A stretch of DNA of 64,000 nucleotides from an uncultured Rivularia sp. (GTDB lineage Bacteria > Cyanobacteriota > Cyanobacteriia > Cyanobacteriales > Nostocaceae). Location of the stretch: assembly GCA_963665115.1 (NCBI GenBank), contig OY762007.1:128001-192000 (forward strand), given 5' to 3'. Below are positions 32,383 to 40,749 of this stretch, in pieces. Numbering within the stretch: the first letter of the stretch is position 1; each line of letters starts with the position of its first letter. The translations under genes were made by a program, and so were the position numbers. Below the pieces are notes generated by a model. It did no database searches and was not told the DNA's origin. It saw only the letters and a program-made list of their open reading frames with translations.

Positions 32383-32754
32383 ATGGTTGTGGAAAGCGAA
32401 CTTCTACAAAATATAGGTAAGGTCAAAAATTATCTCGCTTCATCAGACTACATACCTTTATTTTTACAAGCCGATACCTATACACTTTTAAAGCTATTTC
32501 CCGAAAATTCTATTGACTGTGTAATTACATCTCCAGCTTACTGGGGACAAAGAGCTTACGTTAATAGGGGAATTGGGCTTGAGTCCACATGGTCTGACTA
32601 TATTAACAACCTGCTGGCAATCTTCTGTGAAATAAAGCGAATATTAAAACCTAGCGGCTCTTTTTGGTTAAATATTGGAGATTCTTATCAGCGTAAATCT
32701 TTAGTTGGTATACCTTGGCGAATTGCTTTGGCAATGACTGATAAGCAAAAACCA
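32383..32754 (+). pseudogene. Truncated site-specific DNA methyltransferase (N4/N6, beta class)
   Basis: SIDCVITSPAYW (motif IV-like) and KRILKPSGSFWLNIGDSY; no SAM-binding DPFxGSGT motif; collides with the convergent gene at 32755. Confidence 0.8.
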
Positions 32755-33072
32755 TTAAATCACATCGGGTTTACCTATCCCCAATTCCCTCAACTTCAAC
32801 TTGACATCTTCCCACTCAGTACCGCAGTAGTAATATTTTTGATCTAATATATTAGCGATGTAATAACCATTTTTTGCACCGTTAATTTGCCGTAACTCTG
32901 CTGCAATCTTCTCCATCGAAGTATTAAATAAAGAAAACAAATCTTCCATATCCATATCTGGAGCGTTAAACAAATTTACGAATGTTTCACCTTCCCTAAA
33001 TGCCCAGATTTTGCCGCGACGCTCGATAATTTGGAAGTAAACGGGACGAACGATTGTATCTGTGTTTATCAT
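32755..33072 (-). CDS. Hypothetical protein (105 aa)
   Basis: ATG-started ORF with plausible composition; family not recognised. Confidence 0.7.
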   Translation of the reverse strand: MINTDTIVRPVYFQIIERRGKIWAFREGETFVNLFNAPDMDMEDLFSLFNTSMEKIAAELRQINGAKNGYYIANILDQKYYYCGTEWEDVKLKLRELGIGKPDVI

Positions 33073-33151
33073 AAATATTTATTTGAAATTTGTTTTAAAA
33101 TAAAATTTAAAGGAGTAGCCCCTAGCCGTTAACTAGGGACTACAGACTTAA

Positions 33152-33346
33152 TTAGTTGGCATCATTCTGGGATTTGTCTTGCGGTTCGTCCGCAATATCA
33201 TCTAAATCCCTTATGACATCCTCTGAGTCAACGAGATATCTTTCACCAGTTACTTTATCTTCTTTCATCCAACGTCCGAAAACAAGACGAATAAAGACTT
33301 TAACCGGATTCCAAATTTCTCGATGACCATTACCATTTTTACTCAA
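33152..33346 (-). CDS. Small hypothetical protein (64 aa)
   Basis: Strong AAGGAGGTG RBS before a TTG start; hairpin just downstream (~33115-33143). Confidence 0.65.
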   Translation of the reverse strand: MSKNGNGHREIWNPVKVFIRLVFGRWMKEDKVTGERYLVDSEDVIRDLDDIADEPQDKSQNDAN

Positions 33347-33422
33347 TCAATCACCTCCTTTTAAAACGTAAAAGGGGGATTTTTCATCCCCGCATGAATT
33401 TTACCACTTTTAAATAATAAAC

Positions 33423-33629
33423 TTAACCACTTTTATCGAACTGATTTTTATTTTTTGTGGCAATCAATATTAATTCACCCGAGGCGATCGCATCTAAAAA
33501 TTGACCTGTTGAACCTTCTCTATTGTATATATATCCTAACTTATAAGCGATTTCTTTTAATTTATCTCCCGTTCCCTCCTCAACCCTTGCATGAAGGTTG
33601 GCACGATTTAACTTCTTTCTACCTACCAT
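33423..33629 (-). CDS. Small basic protein, possible ribbon-helix-helix DNA-binding protein
   Basis: MVGRKK..LHARVEEGTGDKLKEIAYKLG..STGQFLDAIASG fits a strand-helix-helix pattern (inference). Confidence 0.6.
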   Translation of the reverse strand: MVGRKKLNRANLHARVEEGTGDKLKEIAYKLGYIYNREGSTGQFLDAIASGELILIATKNKNQFDKSG

Positions 33630-33780
33630 AAGTGTTAACCATAAAAAACAAAAACTGGTTTACATTTATAGAGTAGCAGAAAGGTACTTTAATTTTCTTC
33701 AGATTTTGTCCCAATCTCACCTTGGTATAAGAAATCGCGGATGCCGTTATAATCCTTAAAAAAATGGAGTTCTCTTAATA

Positions 33781-33881
33781 AGTACTTAGGCAAAATTAAT
33801 TGTATATTGTCATTGCGAGGAACGAAGCAATCTCAAGGATTTGAAGCTTTTAGAATGTCAAATTAATTTTGCACGACTACT
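33781..33881. mobile_element. ~101-bp MITE-like element, TA-flanked
   Basis: TA|agtacttaggcaaaattaatt ... aattaattttgcacgactact|TA; imperfect 21-bp TIRs. Confidence 0.6.
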
Positions 33882-34090
33882 TAGCCTTCATTCCCTACAA
33901 TATCCCTTGCTTCACCTCATCCAAACACAGAAAAATTATGCTGATGAGGTGTTTGAGCAATAAGAAAATAAATTTTACATATAAAAGTAAACTTCTTAAA
34001 AAGCATCCTAATTCTTTAATTTTGTAGTGCGAGCCGGAATGCTCGCACTACCAAATCTCTTTCAACATTTAGGATGCTCACATTTTCAAC

Positions 34091-34558
34091 TTAAACACCC
34101 CGCAAACTAGCAAAACCAAAGGTAGCATTAAATTCTTCGCACCAAATTCCTACAGATTTATAATTAGCAAGATTTATATTGTTAGGAATTGCATAGCGCT
34201 GTTTACCATTAAAGCTTTTGATTCTACCTAATGTAATGTAATTTCCTTCTTTGATATTTAAAGGTATGCTGCTATTTTTATGTAAAATAATCTTGACATC
34301 GGGGCCATTACCAGTACTGAATGCTTTATCGAATTCTAAATAACGTCTACCATTAACATTAACAATTTTGGCTTTACCAGTTGTTCTTTTTTCTTGATTA
34401 ACAAAGTTGCCGGATGCAATTACTGATTTGGATTTTGCGGCAACTGTAATACCTTGTCTTGTTTGAGCTTGTGCGGGTTGTGTATTAACTAATTGTCCCA
34501 CGCTGCCGAATAATACGATAGATGCAATTCCGAAGCCAGCTAATTTATTGAATTTCAT
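34091..34558 (-). CDS. Secreted DM13 domain protein
   Basis: Signal peptide ending AQA; FSTGNGPDV, GKQRYAIP, SVGIWCEEFNATFGFA. Confidence 0.9.
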   Translation of the reverse strand: MKFNKLAGFGIASIVLFGSVGQLVNTQPAQAQTRQGITVAAKSKSVIASGNFVNQEKRTTGKAKIVNVNGRRYLEFDKAFSTGNGPDVKIILHKNSSIPLNIKEGNYITLGRIKSFNGKQRYAIPNNINLANYKSVGIWCEEFNATFGFASLRGV

Positions 34559-34725
34559 TTGTCGTTACCTCTTGTTTTAGTTCGTTGTTTTCTTTTCCTT
34601 AATTACTAATATGAAGGATGATGCTGAGGAACTAATGATTAACAACTGAGGAAACGGTAAGAGTTATCTGAGAAAACTGAGAAGGGGGAATCAATGACGA
34701 ACTACATATATATAGCAACCAGCTT

Positions 34726-34863
34726 GGGAACATCCCAATTTTTGAAAAATCCGCAGGTAGTGCGAGCATCTTGCTCGCTCGGGAGCGCAAGCGATCAAGA
34801 TGCATGTCCTAACGGGACACACTGTGTTAACACACTACAAAATGAAAAATTTAAGATGCTCCC
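34726..34863. mobile_element. MITE-like element with possible 8-bp target duplication, carrying a REP-like palindrome
   Basis: ACCAGCTT|gggaacatcccaattttt ... aaaatttaagatgctccc|ACCAACTT. Confidence 0.55.
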
Positions 34864-35025
34864 ACCAACTTAGACGGATTTATTACAACAAGCGATGGGA
34901 GCATAGATTAGCTATACTGATATCTTGCAGCATTCTCAACGAGCCTTTATAAACCCGATTTTTTGCTGATTGCACAACGAAAAAATCATGTTTTTTACAA
35001 AAGAAACCGGGTTTCTGGCAGTACC

Positions 35026-35226
35026 TCACTCTTCACTCTTAATTTCTAACTCTCCACCTCTTGCTTCATTGCCATTCCCATTGTTATTGCCGTTATTATT
35101 ACCATTGCCGTTTAAGTTATTGCTGAAGTTGACGTTTATATAAAATCTAATATTAATTAAGCTACCTTTATTACCGCTGAATAGATAGCCTAATATTAGC
35201 CCCAAGATGAAAGATAATAAAATCAT
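35026..35226 (-). CDS. Small protein: hydrophobic N-terminus + Asn/Gly-rich tract
   Basis: MILLSFILGLILGYLF...NNLNGNGNNNGNNNGNGNE. Confidence 0.55.
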   Translation of the reverse strand: MILLSFILGLILGYLFSGNKGSLINIRFYINVNFSNNLNGNGNNNGNNNGNGNEARGGELEIKSEE

Positions 35227-35497
35227 ATTATCTTGTTCAAAGATAAAAATATAGGAAATACAGCTATTCTATTGATTAATTGATTGACAAACTGTTCAAT
35301 ACAATATACAGGTCTTTGTTGCTAAAGATCGAAATACTACTAATTTATTGCGTTTGATTCTTCCTCAACTCAATAATTAGTAAATTCTTACGTTATTAAA
35401 ATAACCATGAAAAAGTGCGTTTAAACGCACTGAAGGTTTACCGAGTTAGATTTTTTCGACTTTGAGTATCATTACTCATACAAATTAAACATTAAGC

Positions 35498-35731
35498 TTA
35501 AATCTCTTTGCGACTAGCGTAAATTTCACCTTCGGGTAAATTTGGGTTGAGAAAGCATTGAGAAGAATGACTTTTGTCCGTCAAAAAATATCTTTCTACT
35601 ATCACTTTTACGCTAAATGCTTTAACTTCCAATGAAACTCTTGCTGGATATCCCAATAAAATAGCTAGAAAAGCTGTGCCGTACAGACAGGATAATATAA
35701 CAAGAGCTTTCAGATTATTCATGAATTTCAT
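35498..35731 (-). CDS. Small membrane-anchored hypothetical protein
   Basis: AAGGGG RBS upstream; one TM segment. Confidence 0.55.
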   Translation of the reverse strand: MKFMNNLKALVILSCLYGTAFLAILLGYPARVSLEVKAFSVKVIVERYFLTDKSHSSQCFLNPNLPEGEIYASRKEI

Positions 35732-35853
35732 GTTGATTTCCCCTTATGTTTTAATTTGCCCGAATCTCAGATTATTTGAACAGATTTTATAATTAGAAAT
35801 TCGGGCTATTAACTCAACCTGATTTGGATTATCTAAAATCCAAATTCTGAACC

Positions 35854-36081
35854 TTATCGAAGAGACTCGATAAGTACTGCTGTTCCTCCTAAACAGAGTA
35901 GGATTATTCCTAAACGCCAAATACATCCAAAGACTATTGGAAAGAACCAGCCAGCAATGTATTCGGTGCCGATAATATTTGAGAGACTCGCGGCTAATAT
36001 AAAGCCAAATACTATAAATAAAAAGTATTTGCACGCTTTTAAAATTAGTCTAAATAAGGGGTTAAATTTATTAGTAGTCAT
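35854..36081 (-). CDS. Small two-TM hypothetical protein
   Basis: AGGA RBS; two hydrophobic helices. Confidence 0.62.
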   Translation of the reverse strand: MTTNKFNPLFRLILKACKYFLFIVFGFILAASLSNIIGTEYIAGWFFPIVFGCIWRLGIILLCLGGTAVLIESLR

Positions 36082-36141
36082 TAGTTTTTCCTGTTGTCTA
36101 ATTTTTTAATGAAGAGAATCGAAATACCATAAATATGTAGT

Positions 36142-36181
36142 AAAAAAGCCGGTAAGTGTTTGGTTTAACACTTCACCGGCT
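36142..36181 (-). terminator. Intrinsic terminator
   Basis: Minus strand agccggtg-aagtgtt..aacactt-accggct followed by a T run. Confidence 0.65.
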
Positions 36182-36351
36182 CGTAAACTTCTAGTTTATC
36201 GAAAGCCATATTTAGTTGTAGATTTTAGATTTTGGATTAATAATAGCAATGAATATGACTCTCAAACAGTCCTATGATTCTAATAGCTTTGCTTAAAATT
36301 ATAGTTTGACTGAAGAAAATCTAAAATCCAAAATTTAAAATCCAAACTTAA

Positions 36352-36666
36352 TCATTCAGATGAATACCATTGATTCCAAGTTTTAATAACTTGGCGATAT
36401 GCACTGTCTATTGGCTGTAATTGTTGGGGATTTATGGAGTATTGATAGCTGATATGGCTACCCAAATAAACCACTGTTTCGTGATTTTTTCTCTGGCTAC
36501 TTATGTGAAATTCGCCATGTCCTGTTTCACATAATGATTGCATTAACTGTAAATTCAGATGAGAAAATAATGCTGGTAGCATCAGCCCGCTCTGATATCT
36601 GATTAGTCTAGTAGATGTTGATGATGCCTTAGAAGCCTTTCCCCCAAGATGTAGATACATCTTCAT
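36352..36666 (-). CDS. Hypothetical protein (~104 aa)
   Basis: Open frame; start uncertain (ATG 36666 or TTG 36684); family not recognised. Confidence 0.55.
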   Translation of the reverse strand: MKMYLHLGGKASKASSTSTRLIRYQSGLMLPALFSHLNLQLMQSLCETGHGEFHISSQRKNHETVVYLGSHISYQYSINPQQLQPIDSAYRQVIKTWNQWYSSE

Positions 36667-37174
36667 TGGTTCGGCTGCTTCCAAGAAACTCCTGTATTTG
36701 CGGAAAAGTCATGTTCTAATTCTCCGTGAGAATAATAGTTAGTCCCCGAGAGGTATCAATCTTATTGATTCGTTGGAGTATAGGTTGTAGTATTAAATAA
36801 TCATGCATCTACACCCGCCTATATGTAAATTTTGCTTATATGTAAATTATACAAACGTCTACTAATTAAAAACAGTAGCGAAATATACAAAAAATAATTA
36901 AAACTGCCTTTTGGTGTCAAACAGGAATACATAAGAAGCAAATAAATAATAAAAAAGCTATTATAGAAGCTTGGGTGTATTATAAATTTGATGAAAGCTG
37001 CTAATCTGCGTTTGTGGCTTTAAAAGCATATCTGATAACTACTTCAGTTTAAACAAAGCATTTTTATCATGGGTTGAGCATCAAATAAAATGTCTCATTT
37101 TGTGTATTTGTTTTGAGATATACAAAAAAAAAGTAAATTTGATTTACATTTGAGTGGTGCTTATAAGGAGGAGT

Positions 37175-39700
37175 ATGAGTAGGGAAAAAATCAACGATCA
37201 AGAAAAGCTGCGGGAAATGCTGAATTTCTTCTTGAAGGAAATGGGAGCAACCCAGGTAGAATTATCAAAAGGAATGGGTGTTAGTCGTCCGTTAGTAATA
37301 GATTTTCTTAGTCAAAAGAAGGAATATTTGCCCGTTAGCAGCGAGGGTTTAGTCAAACTATGCGAAAATTTGAACAAGCATCGACCTTCTAAAAGAAAAT
37401 TGAAAAAAGGCGATCGCGATGATGAATCAATTCTATTAAGAGAGAATCTGGGAGAAGTTGGTGCCGACGAACTTTTAGAATCTGCCGGTTTTTTACCTGA
37501 TAAAACAGAAAGTATCCGCGTAACTCCAGAAAGATTTTTTCAGGTTACTCAGATAGTTGCGTTGCTTGAGTTGTTGGAATTTGAAGATTTACTTTCCACA
37601 ACTAAGGAATTTTTTTCGATTGCTAGCGATAAGTTAACTATTGCTAGTACGAAGCTGTTTGATGATGGCGATGGCGGTAATGATGCTTTAGAAGCATTGA
37701 TCAAAAAACTTCGCGAGCCTCAGCCTACATTGGGTTTAAAGTTGAAGTTGCAGGTGATTCAAAAGCTGCGATTAACTCAAACTAATTTTAGGAATGGGGG
37801 TAAAACCAAATTTAGCCGTAAAGAAGCAATTTCCCTGTTTCTCAGTATCTTAATTAAGGAGAAAATGAAAGATGATTCACTGCACGCCAGAATTAAAAAG
37901 CTAGAATTTCAGACTTTATCTCGTTCGATTGATGAAGATGAAGAATACAGTAAAATTTACTTGAATTTAACAGATATTGCTTATGATGCAGAGTATGAAC
38001 TCAAAACTCCTGGAATTCCACCCGAAAAACCCAATAAAGTCCACAATAGCCTAAATTTAGAATCACTTCAACCCGTAATAATGGCGATCGCTACCTGTAA
38101 TTTTGGCTTGGAAAAGGAGGATAGCGAACCTTTGGAGTGGATATACACATCTAGCAACACTATGATAGAAAATGCTATCAGTGCCTGTACTTTAAATTTG
38201 GGTTTGAAGGAAGATACTTTATTGACGATTTCTACAAATACCCTTGATAGCAATGTCCATTCTTTAGTTGAAACAACGGTAATTTTAGGAGAAAAGCAGC
38301 AATATCAAGGTATTTGGGTTGATAGAGATTCTATGACTGTGTTGTTACAAGCTATTGTTTGCGCTGTCAAACAATGGTTTGCAGATAAAAGTAGAAAAAA
38401 AGAACTTGACAGTAAAACATATGTATCGGTTTGTAGAAATCTTTCCGATTTGAGAAAGCGATTAATTAAAGTTAGAAAAGCTTTTCATAATTTTCAATTT
38501 TTAGATAAAGGATGTCAATTATCGGAGATTAAGAAAATCGCTGATGAAGCTAAACAGCATTTAAAAGATATTCCCGTTTCTGATATTTACTTTACCTATC
38601 GCTTAAATTTCTTTCGCTGCTACTGTTTAGCGAAGCGATTGGAATTGAGATTATCCAATTTTCAAGGGAATATAATTAATGCTAAATATTTAATTTCAGA
38701 GCTTACTGAAGCACTCGATAAACCCGAAATATTTGAATTAAATGTAGATAAAAAAGAGCTTTCACCCATAGAAGCTTTGATTCACTCGGAAATTTATCTA
38801 TACGAGCTTTCTTGCGGACATAATCCCAGATTATTTCAAGATAATGATATCCGATGGTTTGATGAATTAAACGATTGGAAAAATAAAATTACAAAGGTAA
38901 TTAATACAAAGTCTTGTTATAAAGATGCTGGGATAGATGTCTATGAATCGTTATCAGAGATTCACGGTAATGCAGCTAGAATATACTTTTATATTTCTGA
39001 AGATAAATCAACTTTAGAAAAAGCTGCCCAAAACTTTCTCAAAGCTGCACACTATGCATTACGCATTGGTGTAATTCAGCGTGTATCTAGATGGATAGCT
39101 TTAGCAGGAAGAGTTTGGGTAAGATTAAAAAATAGCGAACTTTCCCTACAGGCTTTAAAATTATCAGAAAAACTTGCTAAAACTGATTTGACAACTGGGC
39201 ATAGTGACAACTTTTGTCAAGCAGTGACTTCGGAAATTAATTTACTCCGTGGTGAATATCTACTCTTAATTGAAAACGATCGAGTTAAAGCGCTAGAAAA
39301 TTTCATCCAAGCTCTAAAAGGTTCCGTATACCTGGGTTTAAATCGGCGCATTTGCGATTCATTATTTAATATATCAAGATGTTCCCAGAAGCTAGGAAAT
39401 CTTAGTATCCAGGAAGGATTGAGCAGAGTTTTTCCGGAAGAAGAAAAACTGATTGATTCCAATATCAAAAAACTTAATCCCACGAGCAATCATAATTCAG
39501 AAAAAGTCTTAGAATTGCTCTGTAATTTATACGGTAAAAAAGATAGTCCAACTTGGTTTCAAGTACGCAACGAATTCTCAACCCTTGCAGCCGACATATG
39601 GCAAACTTGGCATCAAGATACTTCTGAAACTCAGGTAAATACCATACATCCTATTGCTGAGAAGATTAAAAAAGAAACTTGGCTTTGTCAGGTTGAATAG
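37175..39700 (+). CDS. Large protein with N-terminal XRE-like HTH and C-terminal helical (TPR-like) repeats; putative regulator
   Basis: AAGGAGGAG RBS before ATG 37175; TQVELSKGMGVSRPLVIDFL; LEKAAQNFLKAAHYA and KALENFIQALK helices. Confidence 0.75.
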   Translation: MSREKINDQEKLREMLNFFLKEMGATQVELSKGMGVSRPLVIDFLSQKKEYLPVSSEGLVKLCENLNKHRPSKRKLKKGDRDDESILLRENLGEVGADELLESAGFLPDKTESIRVTPERFFQVTQIVALLELLEFEDLLSTTKEFFSIASDKLTIASTKLFDDGDGGNDALEALIKKLREPQPTLGLKLKLQVIQKLRLTQTNFRNGGKTKFSRKEAISLFLSILIKEKMKDDSLHARIKKLEFQTLSRSIDEDEEYSKIYLNLTDIAYDAEYELKTPGIPPEKPNKVHNSLNLESLQPVIMAIATCNFGLEKEDSEPLEWIYTSSNTMIENAISACTLNLGLKEDTLLTISTNTLDSNVHSLVETTVILGEKQQYQGIWVDRDSMTVLLQAIVCAVKQWFADKSRKKELDSKTYVSVCRNLSDLRKRLIKVRKAFHNFQFLDKGCQLSEIKKIADEAKQHLKDIPVSDIYFTYRLNFFRCYCLAKRLELRLSNFQGNIINAKYLISELTEALDKPEIFELNVDKKELSPIEALIHSEIYLYELSCGHNPRLFQDNDIRWFDELNDWKNKITKVINTKSCYKDAGIDVYESLSEIHGNAARIYFYISEDKSTLEKAAQNFLKAAHYALRIGVIQRVSRWIALAGRVWVRLKNSELSLQALKLSEKLAKTDLTTGHSDNFCQAVTSEINLLRGEYLLLIENDRVKALENFIQALKGSVYLGLNRRICDSLFNISRCSQKLGNLSIQEGLSRVFPEEEKLIDSNIKKLNPTSNHNSEKVLELLCNLYGKKDSPTWFQVRNEFSTLAADIWQTWHQDTSETQVNTIHPIAEKIKKETWLCQVE

Positions 39701-39826
39701 AAGAAGAGAGTAGCAAGTAGACAATGAACCGTTGAGCAACCAGCCTTATGGCAATAAGACTCGAATTGGTCGTTTACTTGCTACTTTTATTTTCTTCCTG
39801 CTAGAAGAATTACTTATAAAACCTTA

Positions 39827-39937
39827 CTAGTACCGCTGCGCGGAAGTAAAAAGTAAAAAGTAAGAAGTAAAAAGTATTATATGATAAGGCTTTCAAACTT
39901 TTTAAATGGGTGCTTTATTTACGCCGTACTGTACTAG
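39827..39937. mobile_element. MITE-like element bounded by CTAG (family also at 54895-54997)
   Basis: ctagtaccgctgcgcggaagt ... aaatgggtg..tatttacgccgtactgtactag; internal AAGTAAA repeats. Confidence 0.6.
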
Positions 39938-40152
39938 ACAAGGCAGCGCGTTGCGGTGAGTCAAGGAAAGGGGTGTCGGTTTCCGGAGCCACTGCGTTGC
40001 CGTTCACCGGAGGTGCGGCTCGGTTCCCAAGCCACTCCGTTGCGGAGGTTCCCTCCGTTGTAGGAAGTGGCGTTTCCTCAAAAAGCGCGTTAGCCTTGCC
40101 CGAAGGGAGTTTCCCGCAGTATCTAGCGACTGCCGCGTAGAGAGCGCAGAGG
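39937..40152. repeat. Nested small dispersed repeats
   Basis: Several restarts of (g)cgttgc(g/c)g motifs inside one agacaaggcag...actgccgcg unit; the simple unit is at 21651. Confidence 0.6.
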
Positions 40153-40749
40153 AAAGAGATACAGGTAATTAATTGTAAAGCGCGTTGGGAGTAGTAAATG
40201 CTCTTCCCTATCCCCAATGCCCCATGCCCAATCCAAATTGTTAAAAAACTCCTAATTTGTTATTATCTTCTCACTCAACCCTATTGATTGCTGGTGTAGT
40301 TCAGATAGCTGGTATTATTTGTTTGCTAATGGTAACTTAACATGGCAGTAAATTTTTCCCATAATCGCAGTATCAACTTTGATTATGTCAAGAATTGCAA
40401 ACAGTCCAAATCTGTAATCTTATCGAGGGTTTATTATCAAAAAGAATTTTGAATTTGAGTATTGAAATACTTCTATAGATAGATTAATTAATTAATGCTT
40501 GAATTTATGTGAAACGAGTAATTTTAGATACTTTAAGAAAATATAAACACGAGTTCATTATTGTTGCTCGTCACGGTAGAGTTGATTCAATCAATCTTTA
40601 TAAATTTAAGAGTAAGTATCTCTAAAAGCTTAACAACAACATAACACGGATATGTTGCTAGCGCGTCTCCTCCACATAAATTCAAACAAGAAACATGGGT
40701 TTGACCGTAGGGAGCAAGTTGTTTCCTCTAAATAAATAAATGGGGCATT

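Noticed and set aside
39910..40217. ORFs 39910-40140 (+) and 39915-40217 (-)
   Set aside because: They lie over GC-rich nested repeats; open frames are expected by chance.
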